Positions 1 through 10,428 of a DNA stretch of 56,890 nucleotides are shown here, piece after piece. The stretch comes from an uncultured Collinsella sp. GTDB lineage: Bacteria > Actinomycetota > Coriobacteriia > Coriobacteriales > Coriobacteriaceae. A program made the position numbers and the translations under genes. The DNA is taken from contig UQUD01000001.1 in assembly GCA_900544225.1 (NCBI GenBank), positions 1 to 56,890 of the forward strand, given 5' to 3'. Position 1 is the stretch's first letter; every line of letters begins with the position of its first letter. Below the pieces are notes generated by a model. The model did no database searches. It saw only the letters and a program-made list of their open reading frames with translations, and was not told the DNA's origin.

Positions 1-115
1 GGCGGCTGACGCCCATCTGACGCGCGGCCTCGGCGACGCCGAGGCCGGACTCTATGCGCGAGACGAGCGTCTCGCGCCCTCTCGGGGTGAGCCTTGCGTT
101 AGGATGTTGCTCCAT
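1..115 (-). CDS. IS481-family transposase, N-terminal fragment (runs off window)
   Basis: Hand translation gives MEQHPNARLTPRGRETLVSRIESGLGVAEAARQMGVSR. HxNARLTPxGR followed by an HTH is the typical IS481 N-terminus. Not in the ORF track. Confidence 0.85.
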   Translation of the reverse strand, partial: MEQHPNARLTPRGRETLVSRIESGLGVAEAARQMGVSR

Positions 116-214
116 GGGAGGGCTCCTCTGCTGTTCGTCTAGACAACTCACAGCATGTGGGAGCCCTCCCTATTTGTCACTACCCGGGTGTAAACAACCT
201 ATTGGCACAGAACA
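1..214 (-). mobile_element. IS481-family insertion sequence, left end (rest outside window)
   Basis: The minus strand from 214 reads TGTTCTGTGCCAATAGGTTGTTTACA, resembling the IS481 terminus (TGT...CAATAGGTTGT). It is flanked by GCTAGA (215-220), matching the NCTAGN target of IS481. A transposase ATG lies at 115. Confidence 0.8.
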
Positions 215-370
215 GCTAGAACAACCGATGCCGCCTCACTGCGCCGAGAAACCCCGGCGCCGTGAGGCGGGCGGCGGAGTGAGCCAACAGCAAAGCCACG
301 CCGCTAGTAGTAGCCTGTCACCAGCAATCTGCAAGTCACTAGCACCCCACAGCCGTGCCGGCAGCATCCC

Positions 371-400
371 TTGGCCGCCATATCAGCCGCACGGTATAAT
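371..400 (+). promoter_or_regulatory. sigma70-type promoter for the 2-TM/protease pair
   Basis: TTGGCC-18 nt-TATAAT, about 90 nt upstream of the GTG at 491. Confidence 0.5.
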
Positions 401-490
401 CTATCCATCGATATATTGGTTGAACCATGGTGTCTTTGCTGTGACCATAAACCTCCGCAAGACGCTAGGACCTTGTTCTAAGGAGATCTG

Positions 491-1033
491 GTGGAGAAAG
501 GTCAAGAGAACCCACCACAAGACCAGGCGCTTGCCCATAGAGTCAGGTGGGCTGACCTCGACAGCGTATTCGAGCACATGGGCGACAATACTAGCGTTGG
601 AGAGGCAAGTAACGGCATCCACCTCATAAATGACCGGGAGCACGTCGCCGTGCGCCAGGACCACGAGGTTCGCATTCCCAATGAATACCTGCAGGAATCA
701 TACGTCGGACAGCGCGACAGCGACCTGAGAAAAGCAAGGGAGATGCTTCTTCAGGCCAAGCAGGAGCGCCCTTCCTACAAACCTGACATCCTTTTAGGTC
801 TTGCGACAACGTTCCTGGGCTGGTTTCTCGGGGGTTTGTCGTCATCTGTCACTCTCGCATCTTTGCCCGGTATCTTGATGCTCTGCGTAGCACCGTGTGG
901 CGCAGTAGGACTCTTTGTCGCTTTTATCTTTATCCGAAAAGAAGAGAAGCAGGGCAAATCTGATCTGGCCGAGCGCGTCCTAGAACACCTGGCGGATCCC
1001 GATGACAAGGAGACCAAGACCGATGAACATTAA
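491..1033 (+). CDS. hypothetical membrane protein (two C-terminal TM helices)
   Basis: AAGGAG RBS before a GTG start. Hydrophilic N-terminus, then two hydrophobic segments (ILLGLATTFLGWFLGG; GILMLCVAPCGAVGLFVAFIFI). Confidence 0.75.
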   Translation: MEKGQENPPQDQALAHRVRWADLDSVFEHMGDNTSVGEASNGIHLINDREHVAVRQDHEVRIPNEYLQESYVGQRDSDLRKAREMLLQAKQERPSYKPDILLGLATTFLGWFLGGLSSSVTLASLPGILMLCVAPCGAVGLFVAFIFIRKEEKQGKSDLAERVLEHLADPDDKETKTDEH

Positions 1034-1787
1034 TGATACGAGCACACAGCTGCTCTTTACCACGGTCCCCATCGTGGGCATTACTACCGAAGGCACGGGC
1101 GTCTCGGGTACAGGATTCTTCTTTTCCTATGACCTTGAAGACGGGCGAAACGTGCCCCTGCTCATTACCAATCACCATGTCCTCAAGGATGTGATTCAGG
1201 GTCGCTTCGTCATCAATCTAGCCGAAGGTGACGCCCCGTCACGCGAGACCATCAGCGTGAACTTCGACAAGTCATTCATCGAGGGGAAGAAGCTCGGAGA
1301 GCTCGACTTGGTTGCGATGCCGGTGGCCCCTGTTCTCAGCATGCTTGAAGAAAACGGGAAGAGGCCCTTCTACCGATCCATCGACTCTGGACTCATCCCG
1401 AAGAAGAGTGTGCTGGACAATTTGGCGGCGCTCGAGCAAATCACCTTTATCGGATACCCCAGCGGGCTCTATGACGACTACAACAAGACCCCCCTCATCA
1501 GGCAAGGCTGGACTTCCACGCCCGCTTGGAACGACTACAAGGGTAAGCGCGAGTTCCTCGTTGACGCATCTGTATTCGAGGGCTCCAGCGGCAGTCCCGC
1601 CTTCATCCTCAATCAGGGCAGCTATCCCACGACCGACGGAATTGCCATCGGCTCCAGGCTGCTGTTCATGGGCGTAATCACTCAGACGATTACGAAGGAG
1701 AAGAGTGAGCACCTCGATTTAGGTACAGTCATCAGAAGCGACGCGATGCTCGACAAGCTCAAACCTTTCGTGGAAGGTCTACTGTAG
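1023..1787 (+). CDS. trypsin-like serine protease (Trypsin_2 type), no signal peptide
   Basis: Motifs GTGFF, LITNHHV (catalytic His), LDLVA (Asp), IGYP, FEGSSGSP (catalytic Ser). ATG at 1023 overlaps the end of the upstream gene. Confidence 0.85.
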   Translation: MNINDTSTQLLFTTVPIVGITTEGTGVSGTGFFFSYDLEDGRNVPLLITNHHVLKDVIQGRFVINLAEGDAPSRETISVNFDKSFIEGKKLGELDLVAMPVAPVLSMLEENGKRPFYRSIDSGLIPKKSVLDNLAALEQITFIGYPSGLYDDYNKTPLIRQGWTSTPAWNDYKGKREFLVDASVFEGSSGSPAFILNQGSYPTTDGIAIGSRLLFMGVITQTITKEKSEHLDLGTVIRSDAMLDKLKPFVEGLL

Positions 1788-1955
1788 CTAAGAGCACCGT
1801 CAAAAGCAGTGACACCCCTTTGCTCCTTTCCCTAGGATGAGGTGACTGAGCTCGGCATGCTGGTTGACATCTGGTTCCCCAACGGCTCATAGTACAGACA
1901 CATGGAAAGCCTTCGGGTTTTGTAAGGGCGGGACCCACTGGGCCTCGCTCTAGTT

Positions 1956-3107
1956 TTACTGTTCGGTTAACGCTGCGGATCGTTTTGGAAGGCTTACGAG
2001 CATCACGGTCCCGTTCTCGGAACTTGTTTCGACCTCTACCGTGCCACCGTGAAGCGCTGCAATCTCCCAAACAAGCGCTAGTCCGAGTCCTGCGCCGCCG
2101 TATGCCCTGCTGCGGGATTTGTCTAGGCGAAAGAACGGTTGGAAGATACTCTCACGGTACTGCTTGGGTATTCCCGGGCCCTCATCTTTGACTCGCAGGA
2201 GCACATGGCTGTCGCTGTCGCTGATGGAGACGTTGACAGTCGAGCCGGAGCGGCTGTAACGGATGGCGTTTTCGACCAGATTAAACACCAGCCGATAGAG
2301 GAGCGTATCACTTCCGATTGTCAAAGCGTCTCCAGCACAATTGAGGGCTATGCCCTTATTTTCGGCAAGTGGCGCAAGGTCGGTGAGGACCTCTTCGGAC
2401 AGGGGACCGAGTTCAACAGCGTCCCCGCAAGGAACGCTGCGGAGCTCACTCATCTCGAGCAATACCTTGGTCATTCGAGACATGCGCTCGGTTTGTTCTT
2501 GTAACAGGCCGAGCAGCTCGGCTGTTTCGGGTTGCAAACCGGAGTGCTCGGAGATGAATAGTTCAATCTGTGCTTGCATAAGGGCGAGCGGGGTGCGCAG
2601 CTCGTGTGCGGCGTTGCCGGTAAACTGACGCTGTGCAGAGAACCCTTCGCCAAGACGGGCGATCATGTCGTTGAAAGAGGTGCTGCATCGTTGTAGCTCG
2701 GTGGGCACATCTTCGCTGAGTCTGATTTCGCTTAGGTTGTCAGGCTGCACACGCTCAACCTGGGCTGCAAAAGCTCGTAGCGGTTTGAGTGCACGGCCGC
2801 TCACAAAGTATGCCAGCACGCCGCCAAGTAGCGTGACTCCAGCCGTGATGTACCAGGTTGTCGTGCCAAAAGACTCCTGTGCGTCGTTTACGACGATCGT
2901 GACCTCGTCATCGAGGGCTGCTTTTGTTGGGTCAAACGCCTGGGGCGAATCCGCGCCGGCAGCGTTAAAGGCCGAGATGTCGCTGCCGATGGCATCCATG
3001 TAGCGCATGCCCGTATAGCCGACCAGGCTGTTCGTCAGCACGCACGCTGCGCACGTGAGCAGCGCCGTCATGATCGTTATGCGCCATTGCAGCGAAAGCC
3101 TTTTCAT
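1956..3107 (-). CDS. HAMP-domain sensor histidine kinase
   Basis: Two TM segments, HAMP, H-box AAHELRTPL, N-box NLVENAIRY, G boxes DEGPG and GAGLGL. Confidence 0.95.
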   Translation of the reverse strand: MKRLSLQWRITIMTALLTCAACVLTNSLVGYTGMRYMDAIGSDISAFNAAGADSPQAFDPTKAALDDEVTIVVNDAQESFGTTTWYITAGVTLLGGVLAYFVSGRALKPLRAFAAQVERVQPDNLSEIRLSEDVPTELQRCSTSFNDMIARLGEGFSAQRQFTGNAAHELRTPLALMQAQIELFISEHSGLQPETAELLGLLQEQTERMSRMTKVLLEMSELRSVPCGDAVELGPLSEEVLTDLAPLAENKGIALNCAGDALTIGSDTLLYRLVFNLVENAIRYSRSGSTVNVSISDSDSHVLLRVKDEGPGIPKQYRESIFQPFFRLDKSRSRAYGGAGLGLALVWEIAALHGGTVEVETSSENGTVMLVSLPKRSAALTEQ

Positions 3108-3778
3108 TCGCTATCCTCCATAACGTAGCCCTCTCCAATCCGATTGCGAATCGGGTCGTATCCCAAAGCGTTGCGTAGCTTTTTGCGGAGTGACGAGATG
3201 TGAACGCGGGTCGCGTTGCTAAAGCTGTTCACGCTGCTATCCCAAACGTGCTCTATAAGCTCCTCTTGGCTTACCGGTCGCCCCTGATTAAGCATCAGGT
3301 ATTCCAAGATTCCCGTTTCCTTGCGCGTAAGAGATAGGGCCTCACTGTCCACGGAAGCGATGCGCGCCTTGGTGTCAAAGTTGAGCTTTCCGCAGGTTAA
3401 TACTATGTCGCTTTGTGCGAAGCGCCTGAGGGTAAGGCTGCGGATCCTTGCCGCAAGCTCGTCAAGATGAAACGGCTTGGTAAGGTAATCGTTGGCGCCG
3501 GCATCGAGTCCGGCGACCTTGTCGGCGACCTCGCCGCGTGCGGACAGAATCAGTACCTTGGTCTCGCAGTCGGTTTTCCTAAGTTCCCTGAGCACGGTCA
3601 TGCCATCGATACGGGGAAGGTTGAGGTCGAGTACCACGAGGTCAAAGACTTCGACGCCCAGCAGGTCGAGCGCCTCCTGTCCGTCGTGGCAGCAGTCGAC
3701 GCTGTACGCCAAGTTTCGCAAGCTGCGCGCGATTGCATCGCACAGCGCTCGCTCGTCTTCGACGATCAAAATACGCAT
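3104..3778 (-). CDS. OmpR-family response regulator
   Basis: MRILIVED, LDLNLP, KPF, C-terminal wHTH ending RIGEGY. AAGGAG RBS before ATG 3778. Confidence 0.95.
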   Translation of the reverse strand: MRILIVEDERALCDAIARSLRNLAYSVDCCHDGQEALDLLGVEVFDLVVLDLNLPRIDGMTVLRELRKTDCETKVLILSARGEVADKVAGLDAGANDYLTKPFHLDELAARIRSLTLRRFAQSDIVLTCGKLNFDTKARIASVDSEALSLTRKETGILEYLMLNQGRPVSQEELIEHVWDSSVNSFSNATRVHISSLRKKLRNALGYDPIRNRIGEGYVMEDSE

Positions 3779-3868
3779 AACAGTCTCCTTGCACATTCCA
3801 AATCGCGCTTAACACGGATTTTATAGTCGATATGGTCCAATGGTCGCGTAACGAAAGGAGTGGTCAGG

Positions 3869-4015
3869 TTGTTCAAAGCGGTAAAGCCCGTGGTACAGGT
3901 CGCTTTGTTGATCGTCGGAATTGCCATGGTGTGCTTTGGTGTTATGCGTGGCGAGGCGGATGCCGTGCTGGCCAAAGCGATTAGGCTGTGCTTGGAGTGT
4001 ATCGGAATTGGATAA
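3869..4015 (+). CDS. small CxxC membrane protein (CD1871A-like family)
   Basis: AAGGAG RBS then TTG. Hand translation: MFKAVKPVVQVALLIVGIAMVCFGVMRGEADAVLAKAIRLCLECIGIG*. The C-terminal CLECIGIG is the family signature. Below the ORF-track cutoff. Confidence 0.85.
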   Translation: MFKAVKPVVQVALLIVGIAMVCFGVMRGEADAVLAKAIRLCLECIGIG

Positions 4016-4910
4016 AAGAGAAAACACTGCGTCGCATGTTTTGGCCCGATTTCGCGGATTCATTCAGGCGGCGGCGACGCTGGTCACCAACATTCACCTG
4101 CCAAACTTTGCCAAAGGCGGCATCTATCAGGGCGCGGGAAAAACAGTCTGCGTACCTGGACTTAATTGCTATTCGTGCCCCGCGGCATCGGGTGCGTGCC
4201 CCATCGGGTCGTTCCAGTCGGTGGTAGGTTCATCCAAGTTCAACTTTTCTTACTATGTTACCGGTACGCTCATTTTGCTCGGCGTGCTGCTGGGACGCTT
4301 TGTATGCGGCTTTCTGTGCCCGTTTGGCTGGCTGCAGGAGCTGCTTCATAAGATTCCCGGAAAAAAGTTCTCCACGAAAAAGCTTAAGCCGCTCACGTAC
4401 ATCAAGTACGTCGTGCTGCTGTTTGCCGTGGTGCTGCTGCCCGTCTTGATGGTTAACGACGTGGGCATGGGCGACCCGTTCTTTTGCAAGTACATCTGTC
4501 CGCAGGGTGTGCTCGAGGGCGCCATTCCGCTGGCCATCGCCAATGCCGGCATTCGATCTGCGTTGGGACATCTCTTTACTTGGAAACTTGCCGTTCTCAT
4601 TGCCGTGGTAGTGCTGAGCGTTTTGTTCTACCGCCCCTTCTGCAAATGGATTTGCCCGCTCGGTGCATTCTATGCGCTTATGAATAGGGTGTCCCTACTG
4701 GGGATTCGGGTTGACGCATGCAAATGTGTCTCGTGCGGCAAGTGCTCAAAGGTTTGTCAGATGGACGTTGATGTGGTCCGCGCGCCCAATCATGCCGAAT
4801 GCATCCGGTGCGGAAAGTGCATCGGGGCCTGTCCCGTCGATGCCATCAGCTATCGCTATGGCCTGGATGTGTCGGCGGAAAAGCTCCCCTTGACCGCCGA
4901 TAAAAAGTAA
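4008..4910 (+). CDS. 4Fe-4S binding membrane protein (NapH/polyferredoxin-like)
   Basis: CYSCP, CGFLCP, CKYICP, CKWICP and two CxxCxxCxxxC ferredoxin motifs. TTG start overlaps the small CxxC gene; start position uncertain. Confidence 0.9.
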   Translation: MDKRENTASHVLARFRGFIQAAATLVTNIHLPNFAKGGIYQGAGKTVCVPGLNCYSCPAASGACPIGSFQSVVGSSKFNFSYYVTGTLILLGVLLGRFVCGFLCPFGWLQELLHKIPGKKFSTKKLKPLTYIKYVVLLFAVVLLPVLMVNDVGMGDPFFCKYICPQGVLEGAIPLAIANAGIRSALGHLFTWKLAVLIAVVVLSVLFYRPFCKWICPLGAFYALMNRVSLLGIRVDACKCVSCGKCSKVCQMDVDVVRAPNHAECIRCGKCIGACPVDAISYRYGLDVSAEKLPLTADKK

Positions 4911-4933
4911 ACAAGCTTCGACAAAACGGAGGA

Positions 4934-5911
4934 ATGACCATGAAGCTTTCTAAGATTGCGGCCCTGTTTATGGTGCCGGTACTGGCCTTGTGCCTTGTGG
5001 CGTGCTCGGCACCCGGTGGCAATGCGAGCGAATCTGCGGGCTCCGATCCTGAGATCGCAGAACTCACTGCGCAGAAGCCGACCAATGCCGACGAGGCCGC
5101 CGAGCTGTATGCAAAACTCATGCAGAAGGAGAACGAGATCTTTTCGAGTGATAACGCGCTGTGGGAAAAGGTATTCAACGCGGCAAATAAAGACTCGACA
5201 ATGATTGAGGACGGCAGCAATTACGGCGATTTCCTGCTCAAGACCATCGACGGCGCCAAGGATGAGTTCACGGCGGATGAGCTTAAGACGCTCAAGGCCG
5301 GTGCGCAGCAGATCAAGGAGATCGAGGACAAGCTCGAGAGCCTGGAGAAGGAGTTCCCCGGCTGTGGAAGCACGCCGAACGCAGGCGAGAGCGTCGACGC
5401 TTCGACCGCTGGCATGACGGCTGGTGCCAATGCTTCGAGCGAGGCGACGAAGTTCCCCAGCTTTACGGGCAAAGACCTGGATGGCAACGACGTGAGCAGC
5501 GACGAGCTGTTCTCTAAGAACAAGGTCACCGTCATGAACTTCTGGTTCACCACTTGCAAGCCGTGCGTGGGTGAGTTGGGCGACCTTGAGGACCTGAATA
5601 AGGAGCTTGCCAAGAAGGGCGGCCAGGTCGTGGGCGTCAATTCCTTTACGCTCGATGGCAACAAGGGCGAGATTGCAGATGCCAAGGACGTGCTGAGCAA
5701 GAAGGGCGTGACGTATAAGAACATCTGGTTCAAGTCGGATAGCGAGGCCGGTAAGTTTACGTCAAATTTGTTCTCGTTCCCGACAACGTATGTCATCGAT
5801 CAGAATGGCAACATCGTAGGGGATCCCATCGTGGGAGCCATCAGCTCCGCCGAGCAGCGCGCAGCACTCGACAAGCTTATCGACCAGGCGATTGCGAATA
5901 GCGAGCAGTAA
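4934..5911 (+). CDS. TlpA/ResA-like thiol-disulfide oxidoreductase lipoprotein
   Basis: Lipobox LVAC, NFWFTTCKPCVGE active site, FPTT cis-Pro motif. Confidence 0.9.
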   Translation: MTMKLSKIAALFMVPVLALCLVACSAPGGNASESAGSDPEIAELTAQKPTNADEAAELYAKLMQKENEIFSSDNALWEKVFNAANKDSTMIEDGSNYGDFLLKTIDGAKDEFTADELKTLKAGAQQIKEIEDKLESLEKEFPGCGSTPNAGESVDASTAGMTAGANASSEATKFPSFTGKDLDGNDVSSDELFSKNKVTVMNFWFTTCKPCVGELGDLEDLNKELAKKGGQVVGVNSFTLDGNKGEIADAKDVLSKKGVTYKNIWFKSDSEAGKFTSNLFSFPTTYVIDQNGNIVGDPIVGAISSAEQRAALDKLIDQAIANSEQ

Positions 5912-5990
5912 AAAACGCGTAAAGCATGGCGAAGCTCGTGCGCCGCTGTGCGGAGTAGTCCGCTGCCTTTCAAGATAATCTCCACCATAT

Positions 5991-6018
5991 AGAGGTCCCG
6001 CTCGGGACCTCTTCTTTT
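5991..6018 (+). terminator. intrinsic terminator-like hairpin
   Basis: AGAGGTCCCG-CT-CGGGACCTCT followed by TCTTTT. Confidence 0.55.
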
Positions 6019-6165
6019 GGGCGCCGTCCCGTTCGTTTTTTGGCGCGGTTTGTTACATTCCTCACTGGTGTCGGTGAAAAATGGGGATAGAGTAGGACAA
6101 ACGCGTCGAATACGAACGGCGGAGGAGAGCGGGTGAACGTGCCCGCGCGGGAGAGGTTGCCGTCC

Positions 6166-9100
6166 ATGCTGGAGCTCAAAGGTATTTGCAAAAGGTACGT
6201 CACGCAGTCGTTTACGCAGGTGGCGCTCGATAACGTGAGCCTGGCTTTTCGCGATAACGAGTTCGTGGCCATTCTGGGTCCCTCGGGCTCGGGCAAAACT
6301 ACGATGCTCAACGTTATCGGCGGACTCGACCACTTTGACTCGGGCGACCTGCTGATCGATGACATCTCGACCAAGGACTTTCACGATCGCGATTGGGATG
6401 CCTATCGCAACAACCGCATCGGCTTTGTGTTCCAGAGCTATAACCTCATTCCGCATCAGACCATTTTGGAAAACGTGGAGCTGGCGCTTACGCTCACGGG
6501 CGTGGGACACGCCGAGCGCCGTCAGCGTGCGCGCGAGGCGTTGGAGAAAGTCGGCCTGGGCGAGCACGTTAACAAGCGCCCGAGCCAGCTTTCGGGCGGG
6601 CAGATGCAACGTGTGGCCATCGCCCGCGCCCTGATCAACGATCCCGAGATTGTGCTGGCCGACGAGCCTACCGGGGCCTTGGACTCAACGACGTCCGTGC
6701 AGGTCATGGATTTGCTCAAGGACGTTGCGCGCGACCGCCTGGTCATCATGGTCACGCACAATCCCGACCTGGCGTACCAGTACGCCACGCGCATCGTTAA
6801 CCTGGCGGACGGCAAGATCACCGACGATTCCGACCCCTTTGATGTCGCTGACGCCACGCGCCGCGAGGCCAAGCCTACGCGCAAAACCTCGATGAGCTTT
6901 GTGACAGCGCTGGGGCTTTCTGCCCGAAACCTCATGACCAAGAAGGGCCGCACGGCCATGACGGCCTTTGCGGGCTCGATTGGCATTATCGGTATCGCGG
7001 CGATTCTGGCGCTGTCCAACGGCGTAAACGGCTACATCAAAAAGGTCGAGGAGGACACGCTCTCGAGCTACCCGCTCACTATCTCCAAGCAAGATTACGA
7101 TTTGTCGTCCATGATGGGCGGACATGGGGCTGCGGATGAGGAGGTGTCCAACGGCGAGGATTTATCCGACGGTGGCACCGACGGCAAAGCTAAGGGAATC
7201 GATAAGATTCCCGTGGTCACGGCCGTAAAGGATATGTTTGCAAGCGTTAAGTCCAACGACATGACGAGCTTTAAGGCATGGCTCGATGCCGGTGGCGACG
7301 GCATCGATAAAGAGGTCAACGCTATTCAGTACGGCTATGGCGTAACGCCGGTTGTCTATCGTGCGGGTAAGGGTGACGAGAAGCCCGTGCGTCTGGTGCC
7401 CAATGCCATGACCGAGGCCATGAGCGGAGGCGCGAGCTCGGCGGCAACGGTGAGCATGGAGTCCATGGGAACCTCGGTCTTTAACGAGATGATTGACGAC
7501 CAGAGCCTGCTCGACGGCCAGTACGATGTCGTCGCCGGTCATTGGCCCACGTCTGCCAACGAAGCCGTGATGGTGCTTTCGAGCCGCGGCACGGTGGGCG
7601 ACTACACGCTCTACAGCATCGGTGCGCTGGATATCAATGAGCTTAACAATCTGGTTAACAGCGCCATGACGGCTGACGGTGGGGTCGAAACGCCCGAGAC
7701 CGGTGCCGACTTTACCTACGACGATGCGCTGTCCACGACGTTTAAGGTGCTGTCGCCGGCCGATGCGTATCGCAAAAACGAAGAGACCGGCATGTGGACC
7801 GATATGTCTGGCGACACTGACTTTATGGCCGCCAAGGTTGCCGACGGTATCGACGTGCACATTGTGGGCGTGGTGCGACCCAACGAGACGGCCAACGCGA
7901 GCGCGTTGTCCCCGGGCATTGCCTATACGCATGCGCTGACTCGCCAGCTTATGGAGCGCGCTGCCGATTCGCAGATTGTGCAGGAGCAACTCGCCCACCC
8001 CGAGACGGATGTCTTTACGGGCAAAACCTTCGACGAACTGCAAGGCGAGGCCAAACAAGGCGTGGATCTGAGCAGCATGTTCAGCGTGGACGAGGCGGCG
8101 CTCAAGAGCGCGTTCTCGTTTGATGCGTCTGCACTTTCGGGTGCGGCCGGCGGTATGGACCTTTCTGGTATCGACTTATCCGGGTTGGACATTGACCTCT
8201 CGGACGTTGGCAAGGACATCGACTTCAGCGACATCATGGCAAAAGCACCGGCTCCAGATTTCTCGGGCATCTTTGACGGTCTGGAGCTCACGCCCGAGCA
8301 AATGCAGCAGGTGGGAATGCTTGCCAACCAACTTTTTGAGGGCTTTTTGCAGTCTGATCAGTTTGGGGCGCTGTCACCCGAAGATCTTAAAGACGCGTCA
8401 AAGCTCGCTGCCGCATTCTCGACGTATCTTGAGAATGATGCCGCAGCCCAGCAATGCCTGGCTCAGCTCAAGGCCCTCGGCGGCGACGCCCTAGCAGAGC
8501 GTCTCCAGCAGGCGATGACCGACTATGTGCAAAAGCAGCTGGCTCCGTATCTGCAGCAGGCTATGGATCAGGTGACGAAGACGATCAGCGATCAGATTGC
8601 GGCGACGGTGTCAGCTCAGCTCAAGGCAGGCGCGGCAGGGCTCATGGACCAGATGGCGACGCAGGTGTCTTCGAGTTTTGCTAACCTGGCAAGCGCCATG
8701 CACGTGGATGCGAGCGCCTTTGCCCGTGCCATTCACTTCAACATGGACGCCGAGGACCTGAGCTCGCTCATGATGAGCTATGCCAAGGCGTCGAAGCTCA
8801 CCTACGACAACAATCTGACCACATTGGGCTATGCGGACGAGGCGGACCCCATCTCGGTCAAGATTTTCCCACGTGACTTTGAGGCCAAGGAGCGCGTACT
8901 CGATCACATCGATGCGTATAACAAGCAGGTCAAAGCCGCCGGCCACGATGATCGGGCAATTACGTACACCGACTACATGGGCATCATTATGGGTTCGGTG
9001 ACCGACATTGTGAACACCATCAGCTTGGTGCTCATCGCATTCGTGAGTATCAGCCTGGTGGTGAGCTCCATCATGATCGGCATCATCACGTATATCAGCG

Positions 9101-9420
9101 TGCTGGAGCGCAAAAAGGAGATTGGCATTCTGCGTGCGATTGGCGCGTCGAAGCGTAACGTGGCAAACGTGTTCAACGCCGAGACCTTTATCGAGGGCCT
9201 CATTGCCGGCGTCTTTGCTGTTGTCGTCGTGGTGGCCGTGAGCTTCCCGGTCAATGCTTGGGCGCTTGCGGCCAAACAGGTCCCCAACCTAATGAGTCTG
9301 CCCGTGCAGGATGCGCTGGTGCTCATTGCAATTTCGGTGCTGCTGACGGTCGTTGCCGGTCTACTGCCTGCCCGCAGCGCATCCAAAAAGGACCCCGTGG
9401 AAGCCCTGCGCTCTGAATAA
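6166..9420 (+). CDS. fused ABC transporter ATPase/permease (MacB/FtsX-like)
   Basis: [23 protein letters not shown], large extracytoplasmic domain, C-terminal FtsX TMs with [14 protein letters not shown]. Confidence 0.93.
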   Translation: MLELKGICKRYVTQSFTQVALDNVSLAFRDNEFVAILGPSGSGKTTMLNVIGGLDHFDSGDLLIDDISTKDFHDRDWDAYRNNRIGFVFQSYNLIPHQTILENVELALTLTGVGHAERRQRAREALEKVGLGEHVNKRPSQLSGGQMQRVAIARALINDPEIVLADEPTGALDSTTSVQVMDLLKDVARDRLVIMVTHNPDLAYQYATRIVNLADGKITDDSDPFDVADATRREAKPTRKTSMSFVTALGLSARNLMTKKGRTAMTAFAGSIGIIGIAAILALSNGVNGYIKKVEEDTLSSYPLTISKQDYDLSSMMGGHGAADEEVSNGEDLSDGGTDGKAKGIDKIPVVTAVKDMFASVKSNDMTSFKAWLDAGGDGIDKEVNAIQYGYGVTPVVYRAGKGDEKPVRLVPNAMTEAMSGGASSAATVSMESMGTSVFNEMIDDQSLLDGQYDVVAGHWPTSANEAVMVLSSRGTVGDYTLYSIGALDINELNNLVNSAMTADGGVETPETGADFTYDDALSTTFKVLSPADAYRKNEETGMWTDMSGDTDFMAAKVADGIDVHIVGVVRPNETANASALSPGIAYTHALTRQLMERAADSQIVQEQLAHPETDVFTGKTFDELQGEAKQGVDLSSMFSVDEAALKSAFSFDASALSGAAGGMDLSGIDLSGLDIDLSDVGKDIDFSDIMAKAPAPDFSGIFDGLELTPEQMQQVGMLANQLFEGFLQSDQFGALSPEDLKDASKLAAAFSTYLENDAAAQQCLAQLKALGGDALAERLQQAMTDYVQKQLAPYLQQAMDQVTKTISDQIAATVSAQLKAGAAGLMDQMATQVSSSFANLASAMHVDASAFARAIHFNMDAEDLSSLMMSYAKASKLTYDNNLTTLGYADEADPISVKIFPRDFEAKERVLDHIDAYNKQVKAAGHDDRAITYTDYMGIIMGSVTDIVNTISLVLIAFVSISLVVSSIMIGIITYISVLERKKEIGILRAIGASKRNVANVFNAETFIEGLIAGVFAVVVVVAVSFPVNAWALAAKQVPNLMSLPVQDALVLIAISVLLTVVAGLLPARSASKKDPVEALRSE

Positions 9421-9423
9421 TGC

Positions 9424-9446
9424 GACAAAGGGACAGTTCCTTTGTC
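9424..9446. repeat. REP-like palindrome, GACAAAGG...CCTTTGTC family
   Basis: GACAAAGG-GACAGTT-CCTTTGTC; related copies at 36904, 40633, 41885. Confidence 0.8.
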
Positions 9447-9473
9447 ACGTCCGTTGATATGAGAGAAGAGTAG

Positions 9474-10427
9474 ATGATCCTTTCGTTGGCCCCTATGGAG
9501 GGGATTGCCGGGCATGTGTTCCGTCGCGTGCATGCGGAGTGCTTCGGTGCGCTCGATTGCTATTACACGCCGTTTTTGCCGCCGCCGCGGGTGGGAAACC
9601 GCTTTGGCGGCAAGGTGTTTAAAGAGGTCGACCCTGTCAATAACCAGGGGCTCAACGTAGTGCCTCAGCTGATGTCCAAGAACGCGGACGAGTTTGTGTG
9701 GGCGGCACAGGTGCTCGCCGACATGGGCTATCGCGAGGTCAATCTCAACTTGGGTTGTCCTTCGGGAACGGTTGTCGCCAAGGGCAAGGGCTCGGGTTTC
9801 TTGCGCAATCTCGACGAGCTCGAAGTGTTCTTGAGCGATGTGTGCGAGCGGTCGCCGTTGCCGGTATCGGTAAAGACCAGGCTGGGGCTGGAGGGCGATG
9901 ACGAATACGAGCGCGTGCTCGATCTGTATTGCCGCATGCCGCTGGCAGAGCTGATTGTGCACCCGCGCGTGCAAAAGGACCGCTATACGGGATCGCCGCG
10001 CAAGGAGTTTTACGGCGAGACGCTGGGGCGTGCGCCGTTCCCCGTGGCCTATAACGGCGACATTTTCGATCTTGAGGATATGGATGCGCTGGTGGAGGCC
10101 TATCCCGGGACGCGCCATGTGATGCTGGGGCGTGGCTTGCTTGCGAACCCCGCGCTCGCTCGCATGGTCAAGGGCGGTCCCGCTGCCACGGCAGCCGAAC
10201 TGCAGCGTTTCCACGACACGCTGTTTGCGGCCTATGCAGAAGAGATTGGCGGCAACGCGGTCTTTCGCATGAAGGAGTGGTGGTTCTACGCCAAGTGCGC
10301 CTTCGCCGACCCCGCTACCGTTCACAAGCTCGTGCGCAAGACTAAAAAGGTCGACGAATACCGCGCCGCCGTCGATCGTGTCTTTCGCGAACAGCCGCTT
10401 GCGCCCATAGTCCGCTTCCACGGCTAG
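9474..10427 (+). CDS. dus: tRNA-dihydrouridine synthase family protein
   Basis: LAPMEG, NLNLGCP, VSVKTRLG, VHPR, YNGDI, VMLGRG. Confidence 0.92.
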   Translation: MILSLAPMEGIAGHVFRRVHAECFGALDCYYTPFLPPPRVGNRFGGKVFKEVDPVNNQGLNVVPQLMSKNADEFVWAAQVLADMGYREVNLNLGCPSGTVVAKGKGSGFLRNLDELEVFLSDVCERSPLPVSVKTRLGLEGDDEYERVLDLYCRMPLAELIVHPRVQKDRYTGSPRKEFYGETLGRAPFPVAYNGDIFDLEDMDALVEAYPGTRHVMLGRGLLANPALARMVKGGPAATAAELQRFHDTLFAAYAEEIGGNAVFRMKEWWFYAKCAFADPATVHKLVRKTKKVDEYRAAVDRVFREQPLAPIVRFHG

Positions 10428-10428
10428 T

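Noticed and set aside
54..629. 191-aa ORF at the left edge
   Set aside because: Spans the IS end and a promoter region and overlaps better-supported genes; no recognisable motif.
1788..1955. Attachment site ending an integrated element
   Set aside because: TGGTTCCCCAACGGCTCA is only vaguely att-like; no integrase, tRNA or second copy is visible in the window.
4934..5911. Selenocysteine recoding in the TlpA or CxxC proteins
   Set aside because: Active sites are ordinary Cys codons (CKPC, CLEC); no in-frame TGA.
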